Source: Octopus vulgaris (lineage: Eukaryota). From it: a stretch of 64,000 nt of DNA. The position numbers and the translations under genes are program-made. Below the pieces are notes generated by a model. The model worked only from the letters and a program-made list of their open reading frames with translations. It was not told the origin of the DNA and ran no database searches. Location of the stretch: the NCBI GenBank assembly GCA_951406725.2, contig OX597837.1, forward strand, positions 15,128,001 through 15,192,000, in the 5' to 3' direction. Positions 11,222 to 24,750 of the stretch are shown here, one piece after another (positions within the stretch are counted from its first letter, which is position 1; each line of letters starts with the position of its first letter).

Positions 11222-13812
11222 CAATTCAGATCCAAAATTCCTTCAAGAAAATTATCAACTGCAAATGAAACACAAAATGGGTGAAGAAAATCTTGATGAA
11301 TGGAAACCAAATTGAATAAACACTGATTACAAATCAATATAAAATTACAATATTTATGTAGATCAAAGAGTTTGACGATATACGTCTCTGTATAATGATC
11401 CTTTCTACTAAAGGCACAAGGCCTGAAATTTTGAGGGAGGGGACTAGTCGATTTATATCGACCCCAGTGTTTCACTGGTACTTCATTTATCAACCTCGAA
11501 AGGATGAAAGGCAAAGTCAACCTCAGCGGAATTTGAACTCAGAACGTAAAGACAGATGAAATACTGCAAAGCATTTCGTCCAGCATGCAAACGATTCTGC
11601 CAGCTCTCTGCCTTGTATCTAGTGATAATGATAATAACTGATATAAATGCTGCTTGGTTAATTCCCCCCAGCTATGCTTTACACAGAAGAGGAGACAGAG
11701 AGGGAGAGTTAACATAAGAGGTCCAAGATGAGGGCACCCTGCACCAGACCTCCGTGACTGCTTTGGCAGGATTTTCACAGCTGGATGCCCTTCCTAACAC
11801 CAACCACTCAGCAGAGTGGACTTGGTGCTTTTTATGTGGCACAAGCACAGGCGAGGTCAGTTTTGGCAATGTTTTACAGCTGGATGCCCTTCCAAATGCC
11901 AACCACTTTACAGTGTGGACCGGGTGGTTTTTATGTGGAGTCACAAAGTAACTCGCAACACAAAAATCCTTTGAGGGGGCACTGGAAGAGGGGAGCGTGT
12001 TTAAATAAACCAATTTCAAGAAAGTATCAAGTGGGCCGGAAGCATGCGCTTGCAGGCCTCAGGTTGGTCAGCCCTGATTTAAGGTACAGACTAAAGGAAA
12101 CCTACAATAGTCCAAAAGAGAACCAACTAAAAAGTTCTACTGACATTCTTACAATCTCTCTCTCTCAGAAGGTGCCACTACAACAAGCAATATCACTGCT
12201 TCAAACCAACAAAGTAGCCGATGCATGGTCGCTCAATTCACCAGAAATAGCAGTCAAAGCTCTCTCCAATTACATATATGTATCTTTTCTACTTGTTGCA
12301 GTCATTTAACTGTGGCCATGCTGAGCACACCACTTTGAAGGGTTTTAGTTGAACAAATCGACCCCAGGACTAACTTTTTTAAGCCTAGTACTTATTCTAT
12401 CGGTCTCTATTGCTGAACTGCTAGGTTATGGGGATGTAAACACACCAACACTAGTTGTCAAATGGTGATGGGGGAGTGGGCAAACATAGATACAGACATG
12501 CATATACATATGTATGTATGTATATATCTATGTGTGTGTGTGTGTGTGTGCGTTGTTGATTCTTTTTCTTTTGCCCAGTGTACCAAAGATTTTAGTGCCC
12601 ACCCCTAAGCCCTTCACTCAGACATGATGCTCATGTAGACTTAACAGTGAGTGCCCAGCTGATGGAACTCCAAAGCCTCTACAAAGCAGCAGCAACAGCA
12701 ACAGAAGCTCCAACGTAAGGACATATGCACAGAAATCTGTTGGAGCAATGAAGGGTCTTTTTAAACTGTGACTAAATAACCACAGAGCGGCTCAACATTA
12801 TGTCTTTGGCCAACTACATATGGCATTTAAAAGAAGAGAGAATGCCATACAGAATTAAATGGAAGCTCCTGGAACAACCTGGACCATGAAGCAAACAATG
12901 CAATCTTTGCTTGGTCAAGAGGACAAGGTTCCTAAAAAATTTACTTGATCCATGAGTCTTCAGAAATCCAAAGAGTGAAATGTTTAGTTGGTACCTTCAT
13001 GATAGAAAATTCATGTTGGAAACATGGGCTTCTTTATTTGCTGAGTAGTGAACTGAGAATGTACATAAACTGACCTTTTTCAGACATAATCAAGGAAATT
13101 TCATTTCAGGAATTTGTTTCACCACCATGCTGACCAAGACTGTATTCTTACCTCCATTAGTAATGAGGTTATGTGCTTCCAGACAGCAGGTCTGTTGAGT
13201 TGCCTATACTGCTAAGAGCAATAACAGACCTGAAACTAATGGTAACTTTCTGACTGTCCATAACCAATAACTACATTATATATATATATGTATGTAATGT
13301 ATGTACATATTTTTTGTTTTACTTGTTTCAGTCATTTTGACCGTGGCCATGCTGGAGCACCACCTTTATATACTGTTTCACCATTTTGTCCATATCAATT
13401 CTCAATTAATCATAATTCATACAAGCACAGGCATGAGTTTATGATTCACTGTGAGTCACCTTAGGCAAGATTCTTCTGCTACAGTTCTGGTCCAACTGAT
13501 ACCTTGAGAGTAAATTTGATAGGAGAAAACTATGGTCTAGTTGTTCAGGTGTTGCATTCGTGATCACAAGATCATGGTTTCAATTCCCAGACCAAGTGGT
13601 GAATTGTGTTCCTGTCGCTCCAGATCACTCAACTGTGAGTAACTCTGTAATGGACTGGCATCCAGTTTGGCAGGGGTGTTGCAATCGAGGTCCCTTGTGC
13701 ACCATGGACACCAGGTAACTGGCCCGATGAGGCCCAGCACTCAAGACAGCAATATCTAGGTGTTGGTGAGGACGGAACTATGGAAACCGTGTGAGTGTGC
13801 GTGCACATACCT

Positions 13813-14180
13813 ATCATCATCATCACCATCATTTAATGTCCATTGTCTATGCTGGCATGGGTTGGACAGTGTGACTAGAACTAGCAAGCTGGGGGGCTGC
13901 ACCAGGCCCCAGTCTGATCTGGAATGGTTTCTACAGCTGGATGCCCTTCCTAACATGCCAACCACTTTACAGAGTGTGTTGGATGCTTTTACATGGTGCC
14001 GTATGGGCTACTTTTACAGGCAGTGACCAGACACTTTTACATGACACCGCCCAGTGTACAAATATTGCTATTTCCCAGGTTTGCCCTTTTGAACACCAAC
14101 CAGTTTACAGTGTGGACTGGGTGCTTTTAAGTGGCATCTGCACTGACAGGGTCACCAAGTACTTGCAAGACAAAAAAAAC
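13813..14180 (-). mobile_element. SINE-like repeat with (GAT)n tail (ggaagggcatccagctgtagaaac...gacgttaaacgatgatg family)
   Basis: Related copies at about 11750-11960, 23580-23818, 27171-27343, 42480-42587, 52761-52903, 63901-63952. Confidence 0.7.
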
Positions 14181-14269
14181 CTTGAGCATGAATTTGTGTC
14201 ACTTTATTATCTAGATCAATAAAATAAGTACCAGATTGAAATAGGAAATGGAATCTACCATCAGACATT

Positions 14270-14644
14270 AATCAGATGCCCTCCCTGTGCGCAGGGGTCA
14301 GCTTACCAAGACGCTCCAGTTCCCGCAATGCTGTGCTGTATGTATACCATCAACCAGGTTCCTGTCTCCAATCCATTCTTTGATGTTGTCAGTTCACAAA
14401 CCTCTTTGACAGCCCCTTGCACTCTTCCCCTCCACACTTCCTGTCAGAATGGTCTCCAGTCAGTACTCATGGCACCAAAATATGACAGCTTTGTGAACTT
14501 GGTCCTCAACAATAGGTGCCTTTGGACTTTCAGCTGTTCTAGTACTGCAACATTTGTTACACTATCTTTCCAGCATAACCTGCCTGATCTGTGAAAGACC
14601 CACATCTCAAAGGCTTCTATCTTTTTCTCCATAGTTGTGTACAT
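14270..14644 (-). mobile_element. RTE-clade LINE 3' ORF remnant
   Basis: KKIEAFEMWVFHRSGRLCWKDSVTNVAVL...KLSYFG matches the RTE C-terminal IEAFEMW..R....W.D..TN..VL...L.YFG motif. Confidence 0.75.
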
Positions 14645-16152
14645 TGTGCATTCCAGCCGTGACCATCACACCTTATTTTTAAAAATATCTCTGACTACAT
14701 TATCTAAATCTGCTTCTTTTTAAAAGGCAAGGTGAACAATTTGAGGGTGACTTAGCTGCTATTTGAAGCAAGTCAAGCAACCATGTAGAGGCTCCTCAGT
14801 TTAGTGTCCAGATGAGCAAATGATAGGTCCATGAATATCTGTTGGGCTTTGCCTAAAATAGATGACCTGTCTTCAAAGGCCAATGAGTAGGTCTTGTTCT
14901 AACTTTGTAAAGTTCCTCACAGAAGACTCACTCTAGATCTCATCCTAGTTTTAGACAGAAGTGGAGACTAAAGCAACAAGGAATTGTCACAAGCGACCAC
15001 TGTCAGTTCAATTTATTATTCAAAATTATAGACATAACCATGTGGCCAAAAAGCTCACTTTGCAACCATGAGACTTCAGGTTCAGTCCCACAGCGCAGCG
15101 TCTTGGATTCTATTGTTTGCTTGGGCCAACCATTTCTTTGTGAGTTGGCGAGTCAATAAGGAAGCATTAGGTGGTCGCTCGACCCACTAGAAAAAGCAGC
15201 CACATTTCCTTTAAATTATACCCAACTGTCCTTTTATTTAGTCTAGAATATGTCCGTGCAGTCCTAGATATACAAAAATACGAGATGGTCATGGCTGGAA
15301 CGCTTTTTATATATACAAATAAAACAAAAGAAAGCCATTTCTTGTATACTTTTCTTATAAAAGAATATATACAGGAGTAACTAGGATGTTATTCTGAGAA
15401 TTCATAATTGGAGCAAGAGAAAAAAACATTCTCTAAAAAGTTTGGAGAAGTCTTTTGGCTGTGCAAACGTTTTCTCTTTTTTTTTTGGTTACACAAAATT
15501 ATTAGTTTCTTCACGTAGAATTTAATTGTCTTAATTATAAAACTGAATCTGTAAATTTTGTGAAGCATAGTTTAAGAACAAAAATCTACATTAAGCAATT
15601 AAATAGTTTTATTTCTTCGATATCACCACCAACACCAAGAGTAGTAACACCCTTATATTCTGCCAACGAGGGGGACCTCGACCTGCTATAAATAGCAGCT
15701 AAATCTCCACTCTGCCATCTTTAAAAGTGGCAGCACGTTAGATGCCAATGTCCTAGATACACGACTGTGTAACAAACAAACACACAAAAAAAAGAAAGCA
15801 GAATGGGTAAAGAGTGGAATAGAATGGAATGGGCTTTGATCATAGGTTTGTCTGCCCAATCACATCTGACCTGGGGCTAAATAAAATACTGTATAGTAGT
15901 GATTACTAATGAGAGAAATTGAGAAAATTAAATACGTAACTAATTTAATTGTATGAAGGATCGTGTTGTCTGGTGCATTGGATGTTAAGGAGTTAGGGTG
16001 GGAGCTTCTGTTGTCATAGTTACACTGATAAGCTAAAAGGAAAGGGCTTTTATAAGAAAGTTCTATCTAAATCGATATACATTATTTATATAAGGTTTGA
16101 CAATACAAACAGGAAAATAGAACCCAGAACATGAGTACATATGAATATATAG

Positions 16153-16336
16153 ATGTGTATATTTAGGGAAAAACCACTAGGTGGATAACCAACACGCTAG
16201 AAGAAGATCACATACGATCTAACTACAAAGAAATGTTCTCTGGAGAACATTCTTTTCTTTGTAGTTAGATCGTATGTGATCTTCTTCTAGCGCATTGGTT
16301 ATCCACCTAGTGGTTTTAGCCCTAAAATATACACAT
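16153..16336. repeat. Long near-perfect inverted repeat (about 90-bp arms, 2-nt centre)
   Basis: aaaaccactaggtggataaccaa...ctacaaagaaatgttctc tg gagaacatt...ttggttatccacctagtggtttt. Confidence 0.9.
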
Positions 16337-17581
16337 GAATTGAAATTTTTTCTGATTTTTCAGATTTTTTTATACATGCTAAGCTACTGGTTTTAAATTG
16401 ATATTAATTAAATTAATATTCAATTTATCTCCCTCTTTATTTAAATTTCATATATATAGATAGATAGATATTGATAATTAATCGGCAGAAGTTACAGAGT
16501 GACTCAAGGACAGAAAGTTTCGTGCATTGGTTTTTACCAAGTTTGATAGGGGACAACAAGAAATAATATTACTCATAAATAAATCTGCTTCAGTTCTTTA
16601 TCAATATTTAAAACTTTTATCAACTCCCAATAATCGATTGAGAAATAGGTAAAGATCAACTTTTATAGGGGGGGGGGCAAAGAATGATGATATAATTCTG
16701 ACAAACGTGCTTTTAATTGTTATTTCATGGATATAATTAAATAACAAAATGTGATTAAAAGTTAGAGGGAGGGGTTGATATCAAAGTAAACAAAAAATAG
16801 GGGTTTTTTTTAATGGGGCTAGAATTATCTTTAATCTTTTGTTTCAGTAATTGGACTGATGGGGCACCACCACGAAGGGTTTTAATCGAACGAATCGACC
16901 TCGGTACTTTTGCTAAATGTAGGACTTATACTATTAGTGTCTTTTGCCGAACAACTAAGTTACGGGTACCTAAAACAAACCAACGCCGGTTGTCAAGCGG
17001 TTGGAGGGGGGGGCAAACACAAAGACACATATATGACGAGAATAGATTTTAAGAATTATGCACGACTAATTACTTTTAATCAGCACTACCATTATTTAAT
17101 TAATGCTATAACTATTTTCATATGTGTGTGGTTTTATTTTAATAAAATACCAGGAAACGCATGGGGAATGAATATTAGGAAACTTTGATCGATCTAAAAA
17201 TGTTTTAGAATGATTTACAGTCAACGTAAATGAGGTTTTAATTTAGCAACAAAATAATTGATTAATCAGCGCAATTAAGAATCGATGCAAAACTCTAATG
17301 AATGAATGCATTATTGCAAACAAGAACCAGAAACTGAAACATGGAACCTGCAGGGATCGAACCACGGTTTGCTAGTTATGCATCATAGAATGTTCCTTTT
17401 GCTTTTAACTGAGGAGGAATTCGCGGCCAAGATCGATTGTGATAACAAACGAAACAAAATAATTGCAAACCGCTGATATCCAGACATTGGAAAAGCGAGA
17501 TCCAGCGATGATGTTGAAAGGAAGTTGTGTAAAAGAATGATGATATGTTAATTTCTACATCAGCTGTAATGCTGTTGTGGG

Positions 17582-17892
17582 CACTACTGGAGAACAGTGG
17601 TCCCGGTGCGCGCACTCGCGTAGTCGCGCATCCGCGCTAGCTAGTCCTGACTAGTCGATCCCTACGACTGTCTAGGAAAGTAAATAAAACACAAAATAAA
17701 TATTTTTTACACAAAGTAAATAATTTCTGTTAAACAAAGCAAATACAACACAAAAACACAAAATAAATATTTTTTTCGAACAAAGTAAATAACACAGAAA
17801 AACACAAAGTAAGGATCGACTGGTCACGACTAGCTAGCGCGGATGCACGAGCATGCGAGTGCGCGCACCGGGAGCACTGTTCTCTAGTAGTA
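17582..17892. mobile_element. MITE-like element with about 80-bp GC/CpG-rich terminal inverted repeats and an AT-rich core
   Basis: Left cactactggagaacagtggtcccggtgcgcgcactcgc...gtcgatcc pairs with right ggatcgac...gcgagtgcgcgcaccgggagcactgttctctagtagt; no clear TSD. Confidence 0.75.
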
Positions 17893-18417
17893 GCCTCTTG
17901 TTTTTCGCTTTAAGTCTGGAAAAAATTGCACACGTGTAGTGGTAAGATCTAGAAGAGAATACATTGAGAAAATAAGTGAAACGGATTGTGTATAATATGG
18001 GAAATTAAAGAAAAAGCGAGCGAGTCTTTATTGGAGCATGTGCGTCAGGTAAAAATGAATTAGGGAGAGAAAGGAAACTGTTGGGAAGAAGGAGAGTTTG
18101 TGAGGCAAAGGATAATAAATTGTCCATGTTGGATGAATGTTGAGAGATGAGAAATTAGGAGAGAGAGAGACGGTGTGGTTCGTGGAGTCGGTTGTTGGGC
18201 GGAGACGGGAAATATTTTGTGGAGAGATTGAGAGATGTTGGTGCCAAAATGGTCAAAGGATTTCTGAGAGGATTTGGGAAGAGAGAAAGGAGTGTTGGAG
18301 GGCGAAAGAGGAGAGGATAAAAGCAAGGAAAAGTAGCAACGCCCTTGTAAGCATGGCAAAAGCGGCGACTGGCAACAAAACAAGAGCGTCGTGAATGGAA
18401 CACTGGGAAAAACTTAC

Positions 18418-18560
18418 CCAAAGATCCTGGCACCCACCTAGACCGCCATGCAACACTGCGACCTCCACGCCATGCGGACCCGGAACCAGCATAGACAACA
18501 CATTGCCAAAGTGAACGAACCCGAAGCGATCGAACTATTTAGCTTGCCCTCCCGATTTCC
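18418..18560 (-). other. ZNF143: Probable non-coding first exon / promoter of the ZNF143-like gene
   Basis: CpG-rich patch ending in a strong donor TGG/GTAAGT at 18417; TSS unknown. Confidence 0.55.
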
Positions 18561-19539
18561 ATCTCATTCAACGAAACGTTCATCTAAAAGATAACGAGGG
18601 GGAAAATTCTCATAATGGAAGCTTTGCTGTTTGGTTTCATTATAGTCGATCGGTTAAGAAGCATTTATAATGCACGTTCCCGGGCCTCGTCAGCATTCGT
18701 GTTGATGGCAGTGACGGAGTAAACAAAAAAAAATCATCATACATTTTTATTATATATAAATATTTCATTTTATGTTCCTTTCTTTATTATCCAGTTATTT
18801 TGAGAATATTATATTACAGAGATGTTGATGGTTATATTTAAAAGTAAATTTTTATGCATGTTTCATTTCGTATTTTCTGCTTATCTCTTTGTCGTCCATT
18901 TACTGCTGCACTAAATGTTAAATCTATATTTTAATAAATGCCGTTTCCGACAATGTCTTATTTTTTTTTCATTTAGCAATAATATTCACGTGAACGTGTT
19001 TAAACAACTTTTATTTAAAAAAGAAAACTGCTAGCAAGTTCAAATCCGATTAATGCACAAACTTATTATATGTGTATATACGTATACACACACACATATG
19101 TGCATACGTCTGTACGTATGTATGTATGTGTGTGTGTATATGTATACACACATATATGTGTGTACGTATCTATATATGTGTGTGTGTGTGTATGTATTAA
19201 ACGATGAGGTTACGGAAATCTTAATTAAAAAGGATCTATAATTTATTTGAGTTTTATTAAATTACGAGGCACCAGTTTAGACGATATCTGCCCTATGATA
19301 GCAGCTCAATTAGCGATTTCGATTTTATTTCAGTTATTTCCGACATTTAATCGAAAATTAAGGTTCCCTTTGAATTTTAGGAATTCCTTTTCGCCGACAG
19401 AAGGTCGTCATTAGTAAACTTTTTTTTTTTTTTTACTAATCCCTTGGAAAATGTTCATACACAAAAATATTTGTAATTAAATTGAAACTAAAATCTAATC
19501 GCCTATATAATGAAAAGATATAAATATGCAATTGATACA

Positions 19540-19639
19540 CACATCTCAAAAGTAAATAGACACGCCTCAAATATCTATGTATATAATATACATACATATA
19601 AGTATATGTCTGTATATATATATATATATATACATGTAA

Positions 19640-19680
<41 letters not shown>

Positions 19681-20045
19681 CATGTATGTATATATAATAT
19701 ATATACACTTATGTATATACATATATGTATATATAATATATATACACTTATGTATATATATATTATATTTATGTATGTAGACATACATGAATTTATATAT
19801 AAAATGAGGGGTGTCTACTTTATATATATATATATATATAAATATATATATATATTTGTATTTATTAAGTTTGAAAAGGAAGAGATCCGTTGGATACAAA
19901 TTAAAAATATCCCTATAATAGATTTAAATATCCTCAGTCACTAATAAAAAAAAAGAAATATATTTATATATATATTATATACACGTATGTATATTGTATA
20001 TATTATATATATATAAATCATATATATATTATATTATATTATATT
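19540..20045. repeat. Low-complexity (TA)-rich tract
   Basis: Read directly. Confidence 0.9.
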
Positions 20046-21662
20046 CGTTTAAACATTTAAAAGCGTTTGGGGTTGGAAATATTTTCATTGAATTATTGAG
20101 ATATTTTAATTTCATTTTCCTCAACCGTTTAACAATGGGAAATAAAATGTATGAAAACTTTGCACTTTTTGTTGTTTTTTTTTTAATGTATATAATGACT
20201 AACCGAAATTAACTTAAATCCTGGTTTAGTAGTTGACGGCTTTTTACGTCAGAAAAGACCTAAGATATAAAACTTCCAAGTACTACTTCTATATAATTAA
20301 ACGTCTCAACATAGCAACGTGTGTGTGTGCGTGCCTATTGTGTATGTGTAGTTGTGCATGTGTGTGTATTTATGTATGTGTGTGTCTGTGCGTATTGTGT
20401 ATGTAGCTGTCTGTATTTATGTATGTGTGTATGTGTGCGTATTGTGTATGTAGCTGTGTGTATTTATGTCTGTGTATGTGTGTGTGTATCCTAGATACTT
20501 ACGAAATAGGATGTTCTTTTACTAAGACAACGCTTATATTGAGATATGTAAATTACTTAATATTACAAACAATAAAGCTATGAATGGCTGTTACATCAGA
20601 AGATGATAAAAGCTAATCTATTTTCCTTGGAATGAGGTAATACTTCCTATTTGATTAAGAAATAGTTGTAGGTGAGTGGGTGCCGTAACCAGTGGAGTCG
20701 TTCTTTCGCCGAACCCTCAGAACGATGACAAGTTCCATTGGCAATGCATGTGACTTGGACACACAAAAATGTGAAGCTCGGCTCGGCTTTCTCTGTCTGC
20801 TTTCATTATCAGACTATCTTTAGAGAGTGGGAAGAAGCCAGAGCGGTGATGCGTTGGCATTAAAAATGCATATTTTAATCGCGGCATGGGGGCGATTAAA
20901 ACGAGTACCTGTTATAGACTGGAGTCCAATTAATTAGTTATATCCGACGCCTACAAATATATGGATTTGTAATTTTTCTTTTTTTTTTTTTTTTTTTTTT
21001 CATTAGCACGCTGGATAAAAATGCTAAACGGCATTTGCTCCGGCTCTTTACGTCCCGAGTTCAAATTCCGCCGAGGTCGACTTTGCCTTTCATCCTTTCG
21101 GGGGTCGATGAAATAAGCACCAGCAAAGTACTGGAGTCGATCTATTCGACTGGCCCCTTCACCAAAATTTCAGGCCTTATGCCTAAAGTAGAAAGAATTA
21201 ATACTGGTTTCAAATTTTGGCACAAGGCCAGCAATTTCAGGGGAGGAGTTAAGTTAATTACATCAACCTCAGTATTCAACTGGTGCTTAATTTATCAACC
21301 CCAAAAGGGTGAAAGGCAGAGTCAACTTTAGCAGAATTTGATCTCAGAACATAAGGACGGACAAAATCCCATAATCCATTTTGCCTGGTGCGCTAACGAC
21401 TCTGCCAGCTTGCTGCCTCATGGAAAATATTTTTATTATTATTATTAAGGCATCAAACAGGTTGATTTGTTGGCACACCAAAGGAAATACATAGAAGTAT
21501 TTCTTTTGACTCTTTACATTCTGAGTTCAAATTCCACCAAGGTCGAGTGCATTTTTATCCTCTGAGGGTCGATGAAATATCTACCAGTTGAGCACTGAGG
21601 TCGATATAATCAACTTGCCCCCTTTCAAAATTTAAGGCTTTGTGCCTATAGTAAAAAGGATT

Positions 21663-22017
21663 ATTACCCCCGCCTTAGCGAAGGCGGAGGTATTGTTTTT
21701 TTTTGTTCGTGGACAAGATATCTCAAGAACCACTGGATAGATTCGGATGAAACTTTCAGGGATGTTTGGCCTCGTGACTGGCATGAACTGATTAGATTTT
21801 GGGATCGATCTGATACCAGACAAGAATTCTAGATTATTTTTCCGTTTTTTTTTTTTTAACTTAATTTTTGAGAGCGATCGGGTTCATTTTTAGTATTGTC
21901 GTTTGTGAGAGCAGTCAAGTTTATTTCAGATATTCTCATTTTAAACATCATCTCTGGCTAATCGTTGAGAGGACATTGGTGTTGCCTTGGCAGGGGTTTA
22001 CGCTCTTTGAGTGCTCT
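21663..22017 (+). mobile_element. Non-autonomous Helentron/DINE-like element
   Basis: 5' ttacccccgcc with hairpin ccgcctt-agcg-aaggcgg, core gattcggatgaaact, 3' ggcaggggt subterminal inverted repeat plus a cgctc-ttt-gagtg stem-loop. Confidence 0.6.
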
Positions 22018-22640
22018 TATTATTATCATTTATTATTATCATTTAAGGCGACAAGCTGGCAGAATCGTTAGCATGCCAAGCAAAATGCTTAATGGCATTT
22101 CATCCATCATGTTTTGAGTTCAAATTCTGCCGAGGTCAACTTTGCCTTTCATCCTTTCAGGGTCGATAAATTAAGTACCAGTTATGCACTGGGGTCGATA
22201 TAATCGACTTAATCCGTGTGTCTGTCCTTGTTTGTCCCCTCTGTGTTTAGCCCCTTGTGGGTAATAAAGAAATACGTATGGTACAGTCCATTCTAAAATA
22301 ACCAATGTACCTCCTCTATGTTCTGAGTTCAAATTCCGCCAGAGTGAACTTTGCCTTTTGTCCTCTCGGGGTCGATAAAATAAGTGCCAGTTGAGAACTG
22401 GGATTGATGTAAGCAACTTATCTCTTCCCCCGAACTTGCACCTTGTCTTGCAAGTTACTTGGTGACCCTGCCAGTGCTGGTGCCATGCAAAATGTACCCA
22501 GTCCACACTGTGACGTGGTTGGGATTTGGAAGGGCAACCGGCCGTAAAAATCCATGTCAAAACTGACCTTGCCTCTGCTGGTGTCACATAAAATACCATT
22601 GCATAATTTTGGTTCAGACAAAATATGTAATAGCATAATC

Positions 22641-22799
22641 TCTCTCTATCCGCTCAGTAGAAGTCGACTCTCGGTCACTCGTTGGATCAGTGTCCTCCAG
22701 TCAGTTCTATCCTGGGCCGCTTCTTTCAGATTGGCTATGTCCATTCCGGTATCACTCTTGATGGTGTCAAGCCAGCGGGTTCTTGGTCGGCCTCTTCCT
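22641..22799 (-). mobile_element. RTE-clade LINE 3' end
   Basis: Minus-strand GRGRPRTRWLDTIKSDTGMDIANLKEAAQDRTDWRTLIQRVTESR, typical of the RTE C-terminus. Confidence 0.8.
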
Positions 22800-24545
22800 A
22801 GCATAAAAGGAGTCCCTTTTTTCAACTAAAAACAATGAGGAGCTGTACCTGGTGGTTGTGGTGAGTTAAAGAATTCGATGGGGTAGTTGACCGATCATCA
22901 ACAACATTGTCAATTGAGTTATAAGTGTAGAGAAACATTTTTTGGAGCCAGGATAGCTCTGTCACTGATGTAATCTGTTTTGTGTTGAAGTGGACAACTG
23001 TTTGAGTTTACCACCCCAAAACAGGTGCAAATACCAAACTGATCAGGTATAGTACAGTCCAATAAGGTGGTGAGCTGGCAGAAACATTAGCACGCCAGGC
23101 GAAACGCTTAGCGGTATTTCGTCTGCTGCTATGTTCTGAGTTCAAATTCAGCCAAGGTTGACTTTGCCTTTCATCCTTTCAGGGTCGATAAATTAAGTAC
23201 CAGTTATGCACTGGGGTCGATATAATCGACTTAATCCGTGTGTCCATCATTGTTTGTCCTCTCTGTGTTTAGCCCCTTGTGGGTAGTAAAGAAATACGTA
23301 TGGTACAGTCCATTCTAAAATAACTAATGTACCTCCTCTAAAACAAGACACCTGTTTCTGTCTCTCAGTCACACTCTAACCTTTCATTATCAGACACAAG
23401 ATCCCCCTCCTCCAATGGCCCTTACCCCTCTCCTAATTCCTTGTCTTGCAAGTTACTTGGTGACCCTGCCAGTGCTGGGGCCACACAAAATGTACCCAGT
23501 CCACACTGTGACGTGGTTGGGATTTGGAAGGGTAACCAGCCGTAAAAATCCATGTCAAAACTGACCTTGCCTCTGCTGGTGTCACATAAAAGGCACTCAG
23601 CTGATTCTGTGGGGTGGTTGGTGTTAGGAAAGGCATCCAGCTGTAAAAAAACCACCCTGCCAAAACAGACACAGAAATTGGGTGAAGTCTTCTGCCTGAT
23701 CAGTGCCTGTCAAACCACCCAATCCATGCCAACATGCAAGGCGGACGTTAAATGATGATGATGGTGGTGGTGGTGGTGGTGGTGGTGATGATGATGGTGA
23801 TGGTGATGACGACGACAATGAATGGATAAGCTCTTGAGAGTTTGCTCAGGTTTATCAAAGTGAAATCATGTCAAATACCATACAACGTAAATTCCTGATT
23901 GGTTAAATTTATCTTCAGCTCCAGAGGATGTGTCTTAATTACCAAATGGTAATTAGACCAGTTCCATATGAGAAGGAGAGATAATCTCAAGAATTCTCAG
24001 GAATTCTCCAAAGTTGACATTCCTTTAAGGAAATGGTCAGGTTTATTGTTTGATGACGGCACTGGAATATGTTTTCTGTTATCATCACAACAGACTTCTT
24101 GAGTGCTTCCATCATCAATGTCTGCAATCCATCATGAATCTCAAGTGGAAGATCTTCAGTTCTAACAGTGCAAGGAAGAAGTCAGTCTTGTAATTGGAAT
24201 GGGAGAAGAAAGACACAAAGCAATTCCGTTTTGGTGAATACACCATTTGGAGGACAGGTTGGAGAGGCCCTCGATTGTAGTTCTTGCTTAGCAACAGAAA
24301 TCAGTGGGATTGGCAGTCATTTGCATGAGACAACCCAGCCTGGTATTACTATGCTCTGTGGCCAACGAGAGGGCTTCTACATGGTCTGTTGTCCTACTAG
24401 AAATAGCAAGCAAATTACATCTTTGACAAGTAGGAATGCCACATTAATTTAGTTCTTAATTCCTTTGACTCCATGTGGAGCATACGCACCAACAAGAGAC
24501 CTCCAGCTACACACAGAGTGAGAGAAAAAATTTATAGAAATAGAG

Positions 24546-24750
24546 CAGTGATTCTCAACCATTTTTATCTATGGAACCCTTTGGCTACCATTTTGTTCTG
24601 GTGGATCCCCCAAACCCATTCAATGTTTAAAAACTAATTTTATAGGTACTCTTTTCAAAATCCCTATTTTGTTTTTCACACATTAACTTGTCAAAGCTGA
24701 ACTCTGTAAAATGTTAGAGAAAGAAACCCAGCTGTTTCTTGCAATACATA
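24546..24750 (+). mobile_element. hAT-like non-autonomous DNA transposon fragment
   Basis: Begins CAGTGATTCTCAACC; a similar hAT-like element (CAGTGG...GGGAACCACAG) lies at 62563-62803, nested in another MITE. Confidence 0.5.

Noticed and set aside
18600-18680. Possible autoregulatory Staf sites at the ZNF143 promoter (ttctcataatgga, ttataatgcac)
   Set aside because: They lack the CCC core and have too many mismatches.
20640-20890. Non-repetitive, CpG-containing patch between the two genes
   Set aside because: No ORF, splice pair or RNA family motif that I can recognise.
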